64,000 nt of DNA, from contig JBEKLQ010000001.1 of assembly GCA_050010115.1 (NCBI GenBank), forward strand, positions 5,091 through 69,090, in the 5' to 3' direction. The translations under genes were made by a program, and so were the position numbers. Below the pieces are notes generated by a model. It had not been told where the DNA came from and made no database searches. It saw nothing but the letters and a program-made list of their open reading frames with translations. The DNA comes from Acidimicrobiales bacterium (GTDB lineage Bacteria; Actinomycetota; Acidimicrobiia; Acidimicrobiales; Bog-793). Numbering within the stretch: the stretch's first letter is position 1; each line of letters opens with the position of its first letter. Positions 1 through 9,246 of the stretch are shown here, in pieces.

Positions 1-1
1 C

Positions 2-349
2 GGGTCGCTGACGATCGTGGACCGCCACAAGGATCTGGTGATCGTGTCGGGTTTCAATGTGTTCCCGGCCGAAGTGGAGCACGTATTGGAGGAGTACCCG
101 GCCGTCGCAGAGGTCGTCGTGATCGGCGTGCCCGATCCGGCGCTCGGCGAGTCGGTCCGCGCCTACGTGGTTCCGACGACGGAGGCCTGGCCCGAGGACG
201 CCGTGGCGCCGGAGGGGGTCACAGAAGCCGAGCTGATCGACTACTGCGCCCGGTATCTGGCCAGCTACAAGTGCCCGGTCAACGTGGTGTTCATGCGCGA
301 GCTCCCTCGGGGGCTGCACGGAAAGGCGCTACGCCGCGCTCTCGCGTGA
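2..349 (+). CDS. AMP-binding / acyl-CoA synthetase family protein, C-terminal fragment (5' end outside window)
   Basis: Frame open from base 2: GSLTIVDRHKDLVIVSGFNVFPAEVEHVLEEYPAVAEVVVIGVPDP...; ends KALRRALA*. Typical C-terminal domain of ANL superfamily enzymes (catalytic Lys region RELPRGLHGKALRR). Confidence 0.9.
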   Translation, partial: GSLTIVDRHKDLVIVSGFNVFPAEVEHVLEEYPAVAEVVVIGVPDPALGESVRAYVVPTTEAWPEDAVAPEGVTEAELIDYCARYLASYKCPVNVVFMRELPRGLHGKALRRALA

Positions 350-412
350 CGGGAGCCGGGTCGGCTCTCCGCTTTTGTGACGTTCGCACCGCCGTCGTTA
401 CCATCCCTCCCC

Positions 413-1093
413 ATGCCCGAGCGCTTCGCACGGCGGATACCCGCGCCGACAGTTGTCCGCCTCCCTCTCTACCAGCGCGTGCTGAACGAGCTCGCTCGGG
501 AGGCGGTGGCCACGGTGTCCTCGGCCGAGCTGGCCGAAGCCTGCGGCGTGAACGCCGCCAAGGTTCGCAAGGACCTGTCCCACTTCGGCAGCTACGGCAC
601 CCGTGGGACCGGGTACGACGTCGACTACCTGCTCGGCCAGATCCAGCGGGAGCTCGGCATCGACCGGGAGCGGGCGGTGGTGATCGCTGGGATGGGTCAT
701 CTGGGCCATGCTTTGGCGCGCTCGGCGGGTTTCGTGCAGAGCGGCTTCCGGATCGTCGGCCTGTTCGACGTCCAGCCGGACACGATCGGCGAGGTGGTGG
801 CCGGTTTGCGGGTGCGTCACGTGTCCGAGCTCCCGTCGGTCTGCCGTAGCGAGGACGCCGCCATCGGCGTGATCACGACTCCGGGAGGGGCGGCTCAGGA
901 CGTGTGTGATCGCATGGCTGAGGGCGGCGTGAGCGCCATCTTGAACTTCGCCCCCGTCGTCCTCACTGCCCCGGCGTCGGTGCAGGTACGCGATGTCGAC
1001 TTCTCCGCAGAGCTGCAGGTCCTGGCGTTCTACCAAGCGCACCCGGATGCAGCCACGGGCCGGCCGGAGGCGCCTGCGAGAGCTGGGCGGTGA
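413..1093 (+). CDS. rex: Redox-sensing transcriptional repressor Rex
   Basis: Winged-helix N-terminus (SSAELAEACGVNAAKVRKDLSHFGSYGTRGTGYDV) and Rossmann domain (VVIAGMGHLGHALA, ...GLFDVQPDTIGE). Alternative GTG start at 377. Confidence 0.93.
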   Translation: MPERFARRIPAPTVVRLPLYQRVLNELAREAVATVSSAELAEACGVNAAKVRKDLSHFGSYGTRGTGYDVDYLLGQIQRELGIDRERAVVIAGMGHLGHALARSAGFVQSGFRIVGLFDVQPDTIGEVVAGLRVRHVSELPSVCRSEDAAIGVITTPGGAAQDVCDRMAEGGVSAILNFAPVVLTAPASVQVRDVDFSAELQVLAFYQAHPDAATGRPEAPARAGR

Positions 1094-1202
1094 GCACGCG
1101 GGTACGCTCTGGGCTGGTTCGTGGTGCATGTCGCCTCGTGAGAGCGTCCCATGGGCGCCTGACACCGATCACCAGGTGTCCTGGATGGAGAGGTAGCCGC
1201 GT

Positions 1203-2570
1203 GTGGCGGTCGTAGTTGTCGGTATGCACGAACGGGATGCGCCGCTCGAGGTCTTCGAGCGCGTGGCCGTCGGCGAGCACGAGTTGGACAAGGCGCTTGC
1301 CGAGCTCGTCGCGAGCCCGAACCTGTCCGAGGTCGTGATCCTGTCGACGTGCCTCCGCACCGAGGTCTATGCTGCCGTGGACCGGTTCCACGATGGTGTG
1401 GCCGACATCGAGGCGTTCTTCTGGACGCGCCTCGGCAGCCAAGGTCGGCTCGACGCAGGCGAGCGATTCGGCCGGGTGGAGCGACCCGACCGGGGCGAGC
1501 GGCGCCCGGAGCCCGGCGGCGGTGTGATGGAGCTCGGCGGCGGGTTGTCGTGCCGTTACGACGATGCCGCGGTCGCCTACCTGTTCGAGGTCGCCTCAGG
1601 TATCGACTCGCCGGTACTGGGCGAGGGCGAGATCCTCCGCCAAGTGCGCGATGCAGCCGAATCAGCCCGTCTGGAAAGCGCAGCAGGCCCCATCCTCGTC
1701 CCGCTGTTCCGGCACGCGGTCGAGGCCGGCAAACGCGCTCGTACCGACACCGCCATCCAACGCGGCACTACCTCGCTGGCTCACGCGGCTGTGGAGCTGG
1801 CAGCCGAGCGGGCGCACGGTTTCGACCGGCGGCGGATCCTGGTGGTCGGCGCAGGTGAGATGGGCGCTGGGATCGCCCGCGCCCTCGCCGGCCGCGGTGA
1901 CCTCACCGGCGAGCTCACCGTGGCCAATCGGGGCGTGGACCGGGCGGCCGAGGTCGCCGACATGCTGGCGGCGCGTGCTGTGGGCCTGGCGGACGTGCCG
2001 GCAGAGTTGGCGCTGGCGGACGTGGTGCTGACTTCCACGGCCGCCGATGAGGTGCTCCTCGGTGTCGAGATGTTCGAGTCGGCGCTGGCGGCTCGGGCCG
2101 CCCGCGCCACTGCGGCACCCTCCCGACCGATGGTCGTGGTCGATCTCGCTGTGCCGAGGGACGTGGACCCCGCCGTCGGATCTCTGGACGGTGTCGTGCG
2201 GCTCGACGTCGAAGACGTGCGCCGCTTCGCCGAGGAGCAGATGGCGGGGCGCCAGGGTGAGATCCCGGCAGTTCGCGCCCTCGTGGCCGAGGAGCTGGAG
2301 CGCTACCGCTCGACAGCGTCGGGCCGCCTGGCAGCGCCGGTTGTCGCAGCGCTGCGAGAACGCGCAGAGCTGCAGCGTGCGGGTGAGTTGGAACGGTACC
2401 GAGTCCGCCTCGACGCGCTGTCAGCGGCTGACCGCGAGCTGGTCGAGCTGCTCACACGCCGCATCGTGGCCAAGTTGTTGCATGACCCGACGGTTCGCGT
2501 GAAGGAAGCTGCAGGTTCGGCCCGTGGTGAGCGCCTGGCGGAGGCGTTGCGGGCGTTGTTCGACCTGTAG
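1203..2570 (+). CDS. hemA: Glutamyl-tRNA reductase
   Basis: Motifs LSTCLRTEVYA, GEGEILRQVRDAAESAR, VVGAGEMGAGIARALAGRG; syntenic in a heme cluster. Confidence 0.93.
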   Translation: MAVVVVGMHERDAPLEVFERVAVGEHELDKALAELVASPNLSEVVILSTCLRTEVYAAVDRFHDGVADIEAFFWTRLGSQGRLDAGERFGRVERPDRGERRPEPGGGVMELGGGLSCRYDDAAVAYLFEVASGIDSPVLGEGEILRQVRDAAESARLESAAGPILVPLFRHAVEAGKRARTDTAIQRGTTSLAHAAVELAAERAHGFDRRRILVVGAGEMGAGIARALAGRGDLTGELTVANRGVDRAAEVADMLAARAVGLADVPAELALADVVLTSTAADEVLLGVEMFESALAARAARATAAPSRPMVVVDLAVPRDVDPAVGSLDGVVRLDVEDVRRFAEEQMAGRQGEIPAVRALVAEELERYRSTASGRLAAPVVAALRERAELQRAGELERYRVRLDALSAADRELVELLTRRIVAKLLHDPTVRVKEAAGSARGERLAEALRALFDL

Positions 2571-2581
2571 GCGGATCCAGC

Positions 2582-3592
2582 GTGCCTGACCGACCGATCC
2601 GCCTCGCGACGCGAGGTAGCCAGCTGGCTCTGACACAAGTCGACCTCGTTGCCACAGCGCTGGCGGCGGGCGGTGGGATGGGCGCTGGCGCTGCCGGTGG
2701 TGGCGCTGGCGCTGCCGGTGGCGGCGCTGGCGGTGCTGCCGGTGGCGGTGTCGAGCGGGTCATCGTGCAAACGGGCGGTGATGCCCGCCGGGACGTGCCG
2801 ATCCACGCGATCGGCGGCCGCGGCGTGTTCGTCGCCGAGGTCGATCAGGCTGTCGCCGAGGGCCGGGCGGACGCTTCGGTGCACTCTGCCAAGGACCTTC
2901 CGTCGGGCGCCGGCGACGGGTCCGCCTACGGAGCGGATCGACTCGTGGTCGCCGCCTACCTCCCGAGGGCGGACCCCCGGGACGCGTTGGTCGGCGCTCG
3001 CCTCGACGATCTCGCTGCCGGTGCTCGCGTGGCGAGCGGGTCCGTGCGCCGCCGGGCGCAGCTGGCGTGGTTGAGGCCGGATCTCCGTTTTGAGGAGTTG
3101 CGGGGCAACATCGGTACCCGCCTCCGCAAGATCCCACCGGGTGGCGCCATAGTGGTCGCCATGGCGGCGCTCGCCCGCCTCGGCCTGGAGGATCGGGCAA
3201 CTCACGTCTTCTCGGCCACCGAGATGCTCCCTCAGGTCGGTCAGGGTGCCATCGCCGTCTGCTGCCGTGCGGACGACACCGCTCTACTGTCTCGTCTCGC
3301 AGCGATGGACGATGCCGCCACCAGGGCTGAGGTCGAGTGTGAGCGGGCGTGGTTGGCTTGCGTCGGCGGGGGCTGCGACTCGCCGGTCGGCGCGTTCGCA
3401 CGAGCCGGCTCCGGTGGCGAGCTCCACCTCGAGGCGATGATCGCGTCGCTCGACGGCCACGTGCTGGTCCGCCGGGCCCAGACGGGATCAGAGCCCGAGG
3501 CGCTCGGCCGGGCGCTCGCGGCCGAGATGCTCGACCGGTGTGGCGGGCGGGCGCTTCTCGAGCCGCACCACCTCAAGGGAGCCGCATCGTGA
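2582..3592 (+). CDS. hemC: Hydroxymethylbilane synthase (porphobilinogen deaminase) with Gly/Ala-rich insertion
   Basis: IRLATRGSQLALTQVDLVA...GVFVAEVDQAV...ADASVHSAKDLPSG...; cofactor Cys region GGGCDSPVGAFA. Confidence 0.93.
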   Translation: MPDRPIRLATRGSQLALTQVDLVATALAAGGGMGAGAAGGGAGAAGGGAGGAAGGGVERVIVQTGGDARRDVPIHAIGGRGVFVAEVDQAVAEGRADASVHSAKDLPSGAGDGSAYGADRLVVAAYLPRADPRDALVGARLDDLAAGARVASGSVRRRAQLAWLRPDLRFEELRGNIGTRLRKIPPGGAIVVAMAALARLGLEDRATHVFSATEMLPQVGQGAIAVCCRADDTALLSRLAAMDDAATRAEVECERAWLACVGGGCDSPVGAFARAGSGGELHLEAMIASLDGHVLVRRAQTGSEPEALGRALAAEMLDRCGGRALLEPHHLKGAAS

Positions 3593-5112
3593 CCGTCTAC
3601 CTGGTGGGCGCAGGACCCGGAGATGCCGGCTTGCTGACGCTGCGGGGGGCGGAGTTGCTCAGGCGGGCGGACGCCGTGGTCTACGACCGCCTCGTCCATC
3701 CAAGCCTGCTTCACCTTGTGCCGCCTGGTGCCGAGCTGCATGATGCCGGCAAGCGACCCGGAGGGCGGGTGAGCCAGGACGCCATCAACGATCTCCTCGT
3801 CGACCTGGGCCGGCGCTGCTCGGTGGTGGTGCGCCTCAAGGGTGGGGACCCCCTGATCTTCGGCCGCGGGGGAGAGGAGACGCTCGCCCTGCAAGCCGCC
3901 AACCTTCCCTTCGAGATTGTTCCCGGCGTCTCGGCGATGAACGGGGTCTTGGCGTACGCCGGCATCCCGCTCACGCATCGAGGCCTCTCGACGGGTTTCA
4001 CGGTCGTGACCGGTCATGGCGCAGACGGCACTGCCTCCGGTGGTCCGGTACCGGTCGACTGGGACGCGCTGGCCCGAGTCGGCGGCACGATCGTCATCCT
4101 GATGGGGGTCGAGCACCGGGCGGAGATCTCGCGGCGCCTGATCGCCGGCGGCAAGCCATCGTCCATGCCCGTCGCCGTCATCGAGCATGGCACGCTCCCA
4201 AACCAGCGCACACTGCGGACGACGCTCGGTGCACTCGGTGCGACCGATGCGCAGGCGCCGGCGACCGTGGTCGTCGGCGAGGTCGCCGCGCTCGACCTCG
4301 CCTGGTTCACGTCACGCCCGCTGTTCGGTTGGACGGTGGCGATCACCCGCACGCGTGACCAGGCGTCGCAGCTCGCGGTGGCGCTGGCGGAGCGGGGAGC
4401 CGTGCCCGTGGAGGTACCCACTATCGCGGTCGTCGATCCCGCCGATGGTGGAGTGGCGCTGCGCTCGGCCGCCGGCCGGCTGGGCTCGTACTCCTGGGTG
4501 GTGTTCACGTCGATCAACGCAGTGGGTCGCCTGCTGGCCGAGGTTCACGATGCCCGGGCGTTCGGGGACGCCAAAGTGGCGGCCATCGGGGACGGGACGG
4601 CCCGGGCGCTGGCCGAGCGAGGGATCGTCGCTGACCTCGTGCCCGGCCAGTTCGTAGCCGAGGCGCTCGCCGATGCGTTCCCTGCCCCCGTGCCGGTATC
4701 GCCCGGCGGTCAGCGGGAGCGGGTCCTCCTGCCACGCGCGGCGGTCGCCCGCGACGTGCTGCCGCGGGCGCTTGCAGCCAAGGGCTACGAGATCGACATC
4801 GTGGAGGCGTACCGGACCGTCCGGCCCACAGCGACTCCAGCGATGATCGAGTCGGTGAGCTCGGCCGACGCCGTGATGTTCTCGTCGTCGTCCACGGTCA
4901 CGGGCTGGATCGAGCTGCTCGGGACCGAGCGGCTGCCTCCCGTCGTCGCGTGCATCGGCCCGATCACGGCGGCCACGGCTCGGGAGGCCGGCATCGAGGT
5001 CACGGTGGAGGCGAGCGAGCACTCCATCGGAGGGCTCGTGGACGCCCTTGTCACCTATGCGGCCACCGTCGGCCGGCCATCTGAGGCCACGCCGACTGAC
5101 CGATCTCACTGA
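3589..5112 (+). CDS. Fused uroporphyrinogen-III C-methyltransferase / uroporphyrinogen-III synthase
   Basis: GTG start overlapping hemC stop; VYLVGAGPGDAGLLTLRGAELLRRADAVVYDRLV...VVRLKGGDPLIFGRGGEE (CobA-type) followed by HemD-type domain (AITRTRDQASQLAVALAERGA...). Confidence 0.9.
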   Translation: MTVYLVGAGPGDAGLLTLRGAELLRRADAVVYDRLVHPSLLHLVPPGAELHDAGKRPGGRVSQDAINDLLVDLGRRCSVVVRLKGGDPLIFGRGGEETLALQAANLPFEIVPGVSAMNGVLAYAGIPLTHRGLSTGFTVVTGHGADGTASGGPVPVDWDALARVGGTIVILMGVEHRAEISRRLIAGGKPSSMPVAVIEHGTLPNQRTLRTTLGALGATDAQAPATVVVGEVAALDLAWFTSRPLFGWTVAITRTRDQASQLAVALAERGAVPVEVPTIAVVDPADGGVALRSAAGRLGSYSWVVFTSINAVGRLLAEVHDARAFGDAKVAAIGDGTARALAERGIVADLVPGQFVAEALADAFPAPVPVSPGGQRERVLLPRAAVARDVLPRALAAKGYEIDIVEAYRTVRPTATPAMIESVSSADAVMFSSSSTVTGWIELLGTERLPPVVACIGPITAATAREAGIEVTVEASEHSIGGLVDALVTYAATVGRPSEATPTDRSH

Positions 5113-5173
5113 ACGCATCGGCCGAGCCGCTGGTCGCGGCGCCAGCAGCCATCGGTCGACCTAGTCTCGGCGC

Positions 5174-6187
5174 ATGCCATCTCCCAACGACGCGTTCTCG
5201 GGCAGCGGCTTTCCCACCCGGCGGATGCGGCGGCTACGCCGCAGCGGAGCGCTCCGCCGTCTCACCGCAGAAACCCACGTCTCCCCCGACGACCTCGTCG
5301 CCCCCCTCTTCGTCCGCCAAGGCATCGACGAACCGCAGCCGATCGCCTCGTTGCCCGGTGTCGTGCAGCACACGGTGGAGTCCGTCGTCATCGAGGCCAA
5401 GCGCCTCGCCTCGCTCCAGATCCCGGCGCTCATCTTGTTCGGCGTCCCGCTCGTCCGCGACGCCGTAGGGTCAGCCGCCTCCGATCCCGATGGCGTCGTC
5501 CAGCGGGCGCTGTCGAGTATCCGCGACGCCGTCGGCGACGAGCTTGTCGTGATGGCGGACCTGTGCCTCGACGAGTACACCGACCACGGTCACTGCGGGA
5601 TCGTCCGTGACGATGGCACCGTCGACAACGACGCCACGTTGGAGCGATACGGGGAGGTGGCGGTCGCGCAGGCGCGAGCCGGCGCTGGGGTCGTGGCGCC
5701 GAGCGGGATGATGGACGGCCAGGTGGCGGCGATCCGCCGGTCGCTCGATTCCACCGGCTTCGAGGAGACAGCCATCCTCGCCTACTCGGCGAAGTACGCG
5801 TCGGCGTTGTACGGGCCGTTTCGTGACGCGGTGGACGTGACGATCGTCGGCGGCGGTGACCGGCGCGCGTACCAGCAGGACTCCCGCAACGCTCGGGAGG
5901 CTCTCGCCGAAGTGCGTCTCGACATCGCCGAAGGCGCCGACATGGTGATGGTGAAGCCAGCGCTGGCGTACCTCGACATCATCTCGTCGGTGCGAGCTGC
6001 CGTCGACGTCCCGGTCGGGGCGTATCACGTGAGCGGTGAGTACGCCATGGTGAAGGCGGCCGCGGAGCGCGGTTGGATCGACGGCGACGCCGTGGCGCTC
6101 GAGCACCTCGGGGCGATCAAACGGGCGGGCGCGTCCTTCATCCTGACGTACTTCGCCGCCGCCGCTGCCGAGGCGCTCGGTGCCTGA
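5174..6187 (+). CDS. hemB: Delta-aminolevulinic acid dehydratase (porphobilinogen synthase)
   Basis: RRLRRSGALRRLTAETHVSPDDLVAPLFV...VMADLCLDEYTDHGHCG...AILAYSAKYASALYGPFRDA...GADMVMVKPALAYLDII. Confidence 0.95.
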   Translation: MPSPNDAFSGSGFPTRRMRRLRRSGALRRLTAETHVSPDDLVAPLFVRQGIDEPQPIASLPGVVQHTVESVVIEAKRLASLQIPALILFGVPLVRDAVGSAASDPDGVVQRALSSIRDAVGDELVVMADLCLDEYTDHGHCGIVRDDGTVDNDATLERYGEVAVAQARAGAGVVAPSGMMDGQVAAIRRSLDSTGFEETAILAYSAKYASALYGPFRDAVDVTIVGGGDRRAYQQDSRNAREALAEVRLDIAEGADMVMVKPALAYLDIISSVRAAVDVPVGAYHVSGEYAMVKAAAERGWIDGDAVALEHLGAIKRAGASFILTYFAAAAAEALGA

Positions 6188-7481
6188 GGAGGGCGGTCCT
6201 GCCGGCCCCGGGCGCACCAGCGCGGAGCTGTTCGAGCGTGCCAGCCGGGTGATCCCCGGTGGCGTGAACTCGCCGGTCCGGGCGTTCGGGTCGGTCGGAG
6301 GGACGCCCTACTTCGTGGACCACGCAAAGGGAGCGTTCGTCACCGATGCTGACGGCAACACCTACCTGGACTACGTGCAGTCGTGGGGGGCATCTCTGCT
6401 CGGTCACGCCGATCCCGGCGTGACCGAGGCGATCGCCCATGCTGCCGAGCGCGGGACGTCCTACGGTGCCCCGACCGAGGGCGAGGTCCGGCTGGCAGAG
6501 GCGCTCACGGCAGCCGTCGACGGTATGGACCTGGTGCGCCTCGTGTCGTCTGGGACCGAGGCGACGATGACGGCGGTCCGCCTTGCCCGGGGAGCGACCG
6601 GCCGCGACACGATCCTCAAGTTCGCCGGCTGCTACCACGGTCATTCCGACGGGTTGCTCGCAGCTGGAGGCAGTGGCGTGGCGACTCTCGGCCTTGCCGG
6701 ATCGGCCGGCGTGCCGGCTGGCGCGATCGCCGGCACGATCGTCGCTCCGTACAACGTCGTACCCGAGCTCGACGAGTCGGTGGCCTGCGTCATCGTCGAA
6801 CCCGTGGCAGCGAACATGGGCCTCGTGGAGCCCGCCCACGGCTTCCTGGAAAGCTTGCGGGCGGCCTGTGACGATGTCGGGTCGCTGCTGATCTTCGACG
6901 AGGTGATCACGGGCTTCCGCCTCCGCAATGGCAGCATCGCCGACATCGTCGGAGTGCGCCCGGACCTGTGGACCTTCGGCAAGGTGATCGGCGGGGGCTT
7001 GCCGCTCGCTGCCCTTGGTGGTCGTCGCGAGCTCATGGAGCAACTCGCCCCTCTCGGACCCGTGTACCAAGCGGGCACGCTGTCCGGTAACCCGCTGGCG
7101 ACGGCAGCCGGGCTCGCCGTGCTGGAGCGTCTCTCACCGGAACGCTTCGACGACCTCGCCGACCGGGTCGGTCGCCTCGCGGCCGGGTTGTGCGGGGCGA
7201 TCTCGTCAGCCGGGTTGCCAGTTCAAGTGCCGGTGTACCGGACGCTGTTCGCCATCTTCTTCACCGACGACCCCGTGCGGGACTACGACGGAGCGGAAGC
7301 CGCTGCCACCGCCGGGCTGTACGCGCCGTTCTTCCACGCCATGCTCGCCCGCGGGGTGGCGCTGGCGCCGAGTGGGTACGAGGTGGGTTTCTGTTCGATG
7401 GCGCACAGCGATGCCGACATCGAGCGCACCGTGGAAGCCGCCGGCGAAGCGGCTCGTGAGGTGGTGGCGGGTCGTTCCTGA
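6180..7481 (+). CDS. hemL: Glutamate-1-semialdehyde 2,1-aminomutase
   Basis: RASRVIPGGVNSPVRAFGSVGGTPYFVDHAKGA...VSSGTEATMTAVRLARGATGRDTILKFAGCYHGHSDG...LLIFDEVITGFR...TFGKVIGGGLPLAA; 4-base-scale overlap with hemB stop. Confidence 0.95.
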   Translation: MPEEGGPAGPGRTSAELFERASRVIPGGVNSPVRAFGSVGGTPYFVDHAKGAFVTDADGNTYLDYVQSWGASLLGHADPGVTEAIAHAAERGTSYGAPTEGEVRLAEALTAAVDGMDLVRLVSSGTEATMTAVRLARGATGRDTILKFAGCYHGHSDGLLAAGGSGVATLGLAGSAGVPAGAIAGTIVAPYNVVPELDESVACVIVEPVAANMGLVEPAHGFLESLRAACDDVGSLLIFDEVITGFRLRNGSIADIVGVRPDLWTFGKVIGGGLPLAALGGRRELMEQLAPLGPVYQAGTLSGNPLATAAGLAVLERLSPERFDDLADRVGRLAAGLCGAISSAGLPVQVPVYRTLFAIFFTDDPVRDYDGAEAAATAGLYAPFFHAMLARGVALAPSGYEVGFCSMAHSDADIERTVEAAGEAAREVVAGRS

Positions 7482-7500
7482 CGCCCGTTGCCGCGTCGGT

Positions 7501-7739
7501 GTCACGCTCAGTTTGCACAGTGCAGAGTTTCGGTGACAGCGGCCAGCCAAATCCCGGCAGGGCCCGCGTCGGTGTCACGCTCAGTTTGCACAGTGCAGAG
7601 TTGCGGTGACAGCGGCCGGCCAAATGCCGGCAGGGCCCGCGTCGGTGTCACGCTCAGTTCGCACAGTGCAGAGTTTCGGTGACAGCGGCCGGCCAAATGC
7701 CGGCAGGGCCCGCGTCGGTGTCACGCTCAGTTCGCACAG
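7501..7739. repeat. Direct tandem array, 73-bp unit, 3 full copies plus partial fourth
   Basis: GTCACGCTCAGTTYGCACAG begins at 7501, 7574, 7647 and 7720 (exact 73-bp spacing); each unit holds TGTCAC...TTTGCACAGTGCA...GTGACAGC dyad-like elements. Lies between the convergent hemL and sensor kinase genes. Confidence 0.95.
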
Positions 7740-7811
7740 TGAGCCGGATGCCGACCGCTGTGGCATGTGCACCCCCTTTGTCGAGAGACGTCGCCGCCGT
7801 TTACCGGCAAA

Positions 7812-9209
7812 TCAAGTGGGGCGAGGAGCCTGGCCGTCCCAGCTCGGTAGGGACACCACCATACGGGTGCCGCCGGCTGGCCCCGTGGGCGACACGGCCT
7901 GCACGGTCCCACCCATCGCCCGCACCAGCTCGGCCACGATCGCCAGTCCGAGTCCCGAACCTCGGGCCGCAGCACCGTCGGCCTGGTAGAAACGCTCGAA
8001 GACCCTCGACAGGTCCCCCGGCGCGATGCCGGCGCCGTCGTCCTCCACCAGAATCGTGGCTCCGGGCCGGTTGCTCCATGCCGGGATCGGCCCCGCCAGC
8101 ACGCTCACGGTCACGGCCGTCGAGGCGAACACGAGAGCGTTCTCAACGAGGTTGGCGATCACCTGGCCGAGCCGGTCGGGGTCGGCGGCAGCGACGACCG
8201 AAGGACCGTGCTCCGACACGGCGGCGCTCAACGTGACGCCACGTGAGGAAGCCCTCGGCAAGAAACCCTCCACCGTTCTCCCCACCACATCCCCCACGTC
8301 AGTCGGCCCGATGCGAAGCGACAGCTGGGACAGCTCGAGCCGGGCGAGATCGAGCAGATCCGCCACGAGCCGCTCCAGGCGCCGCGACTCCGACACGATG
8401 ACGCCGGCTGCCTTCGCCGTGTCCGGGGCGACTCCCTCTTCGATGGCCTCGGCGTACCCGCGGATCGAGGTGAGCGGGGTTCGCAGATCGTGCGAGACGG
8501 ACAGCAACATCTGCCGCTCGTGGTCACGGGTGCTCTCGAGACGCGCCGCCATCGTGTTGATCGACTCCGCCAGAGAGACGAGCTCGGGGATGTCGCCGCT
8601 GCTGGTGGTAACCCGCGCACTCAGCTCGCCGCCCGCGACCCGGCTGGTCACGACCGTCGCATCGACGAGCGGTCTCGTGATCCGCTGGCTGAGCCAGAGG
8701 GCGATACCGGCGGCGCCGAGGAGCGTGAGGCCGGCCACGAGGACGAAGTAGAGCCAACTCGGTCCGAGGCTCCCGACGGTACGCGTGAGCAGCACAGCGG
8801 TGTGGCTGCCGGTTGGCAGCACGGGAACGAGCAGCGAGCTGACCGACGTCGGTACGGCGGCGAAGGCCGTGCTCCCTTGCCAGCCGGAGATGGGCTGTCC
8901 AGCGGCGAGCTGGCTGCCGTTGAGCGCGTTCGGCGACAACCCGGCCGGGAGCGGTGTCGTGACGACTCCGCCGCCCGAGACGAAGATGATCTCGCCGCCT
9001 TCGAGCTTGAGTACCCGGTTCACGACCTCGACCACTCGCGCCGTCCGCACTTCGTTGGCGGCTTGGGCGAACACCGTCGCCTGCTGCAGGAGCTGTCGCG
9101 AGGCGTCGGTGCGAGCCGTTCGGCGCGTGACGATGAGCGTGCCGAAGCCGGCTACGACGAGCGCCCCGGCGACGAGGCCGACCAGCACGAGCACGAGGCG
9201 TTTCCTCAT
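7812..9209 (-). CDS. HAMP-domain sensor histidine kinase
   Basis: N-terminal TM, central TM then HAMP-like region; MLLSVSHDLRTPLTSIRGYAEAIEEG (H box), VIANLVENALVFA (N box), EDDGAGIAPGDLSRVFERFYQAD, GSGLGLAIVAELVRA (G box). Confidence 0.93.
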   Translation of the reverse strand: MRKRLVLVLVGLVAGALVVAGFGTLIVTRRTARTDASRQLLQQATVFAQAANEVRTARVVEVVNRVLKLEGGEIIFVSGGGVVTTPLPAGLSPNALNGSQLAAGQPISGWQGSTAFAAVPTSVSSLLVPVLPTGSHTAVLLTRTVGSLGPSWLYFVLVAGLTLLGAAGIALWLSQRITRPLVDATVVTSRVAGGELSARVTTSSGDIPELVSLAESINTMAARLESTRDHERQMLLSVSHDLRTPLTSIRGYAEAIEEGVAPDTAKAAGVIVSESRRLERLVADLLDLARLELSQLSLRIGPTDVGDVVGRTVEGFLPRASSRGVTLSAAVSEHGPSVVAAADPDRLGQVIANLVENALVFASTAVTVSVLAGPIPAWSNRPGATILVEDDGAGIAPGDLSRVFERFYQADGAAARGSGLGLAIVAELVRAMGGTVQAVSPTGPAGGTRMVVSLPSWDGQAPRPT

Positions 9210-9246
9210 GGCGGTGTCACTTCCTCAGCTCAGCCGGGGCGTCCGC

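Noticed and set aside
370-395. Possible Rex operator upstream of rex (TTTTGTGACGTTCGCACC)
   Set aside because: Only partly matches TGTGAAC-N2-GTTCACA and has the wrong half-site spacing; not convincing without experimental support.
7501-7739. Possible CRISPR array
   Set aside because: Units are contiguous 73-bp direct repeats with no unique spacers and no cas genes nearby; treated as a minisatellite-like array.
7482-7811. Several small ORFs (64-127 aa) across the 73-bp repeats
   Set aside because: The 73-bp period is not a multiple of 3, so these are shifted readings of the same repeat on both strands; no start or RBS logic.
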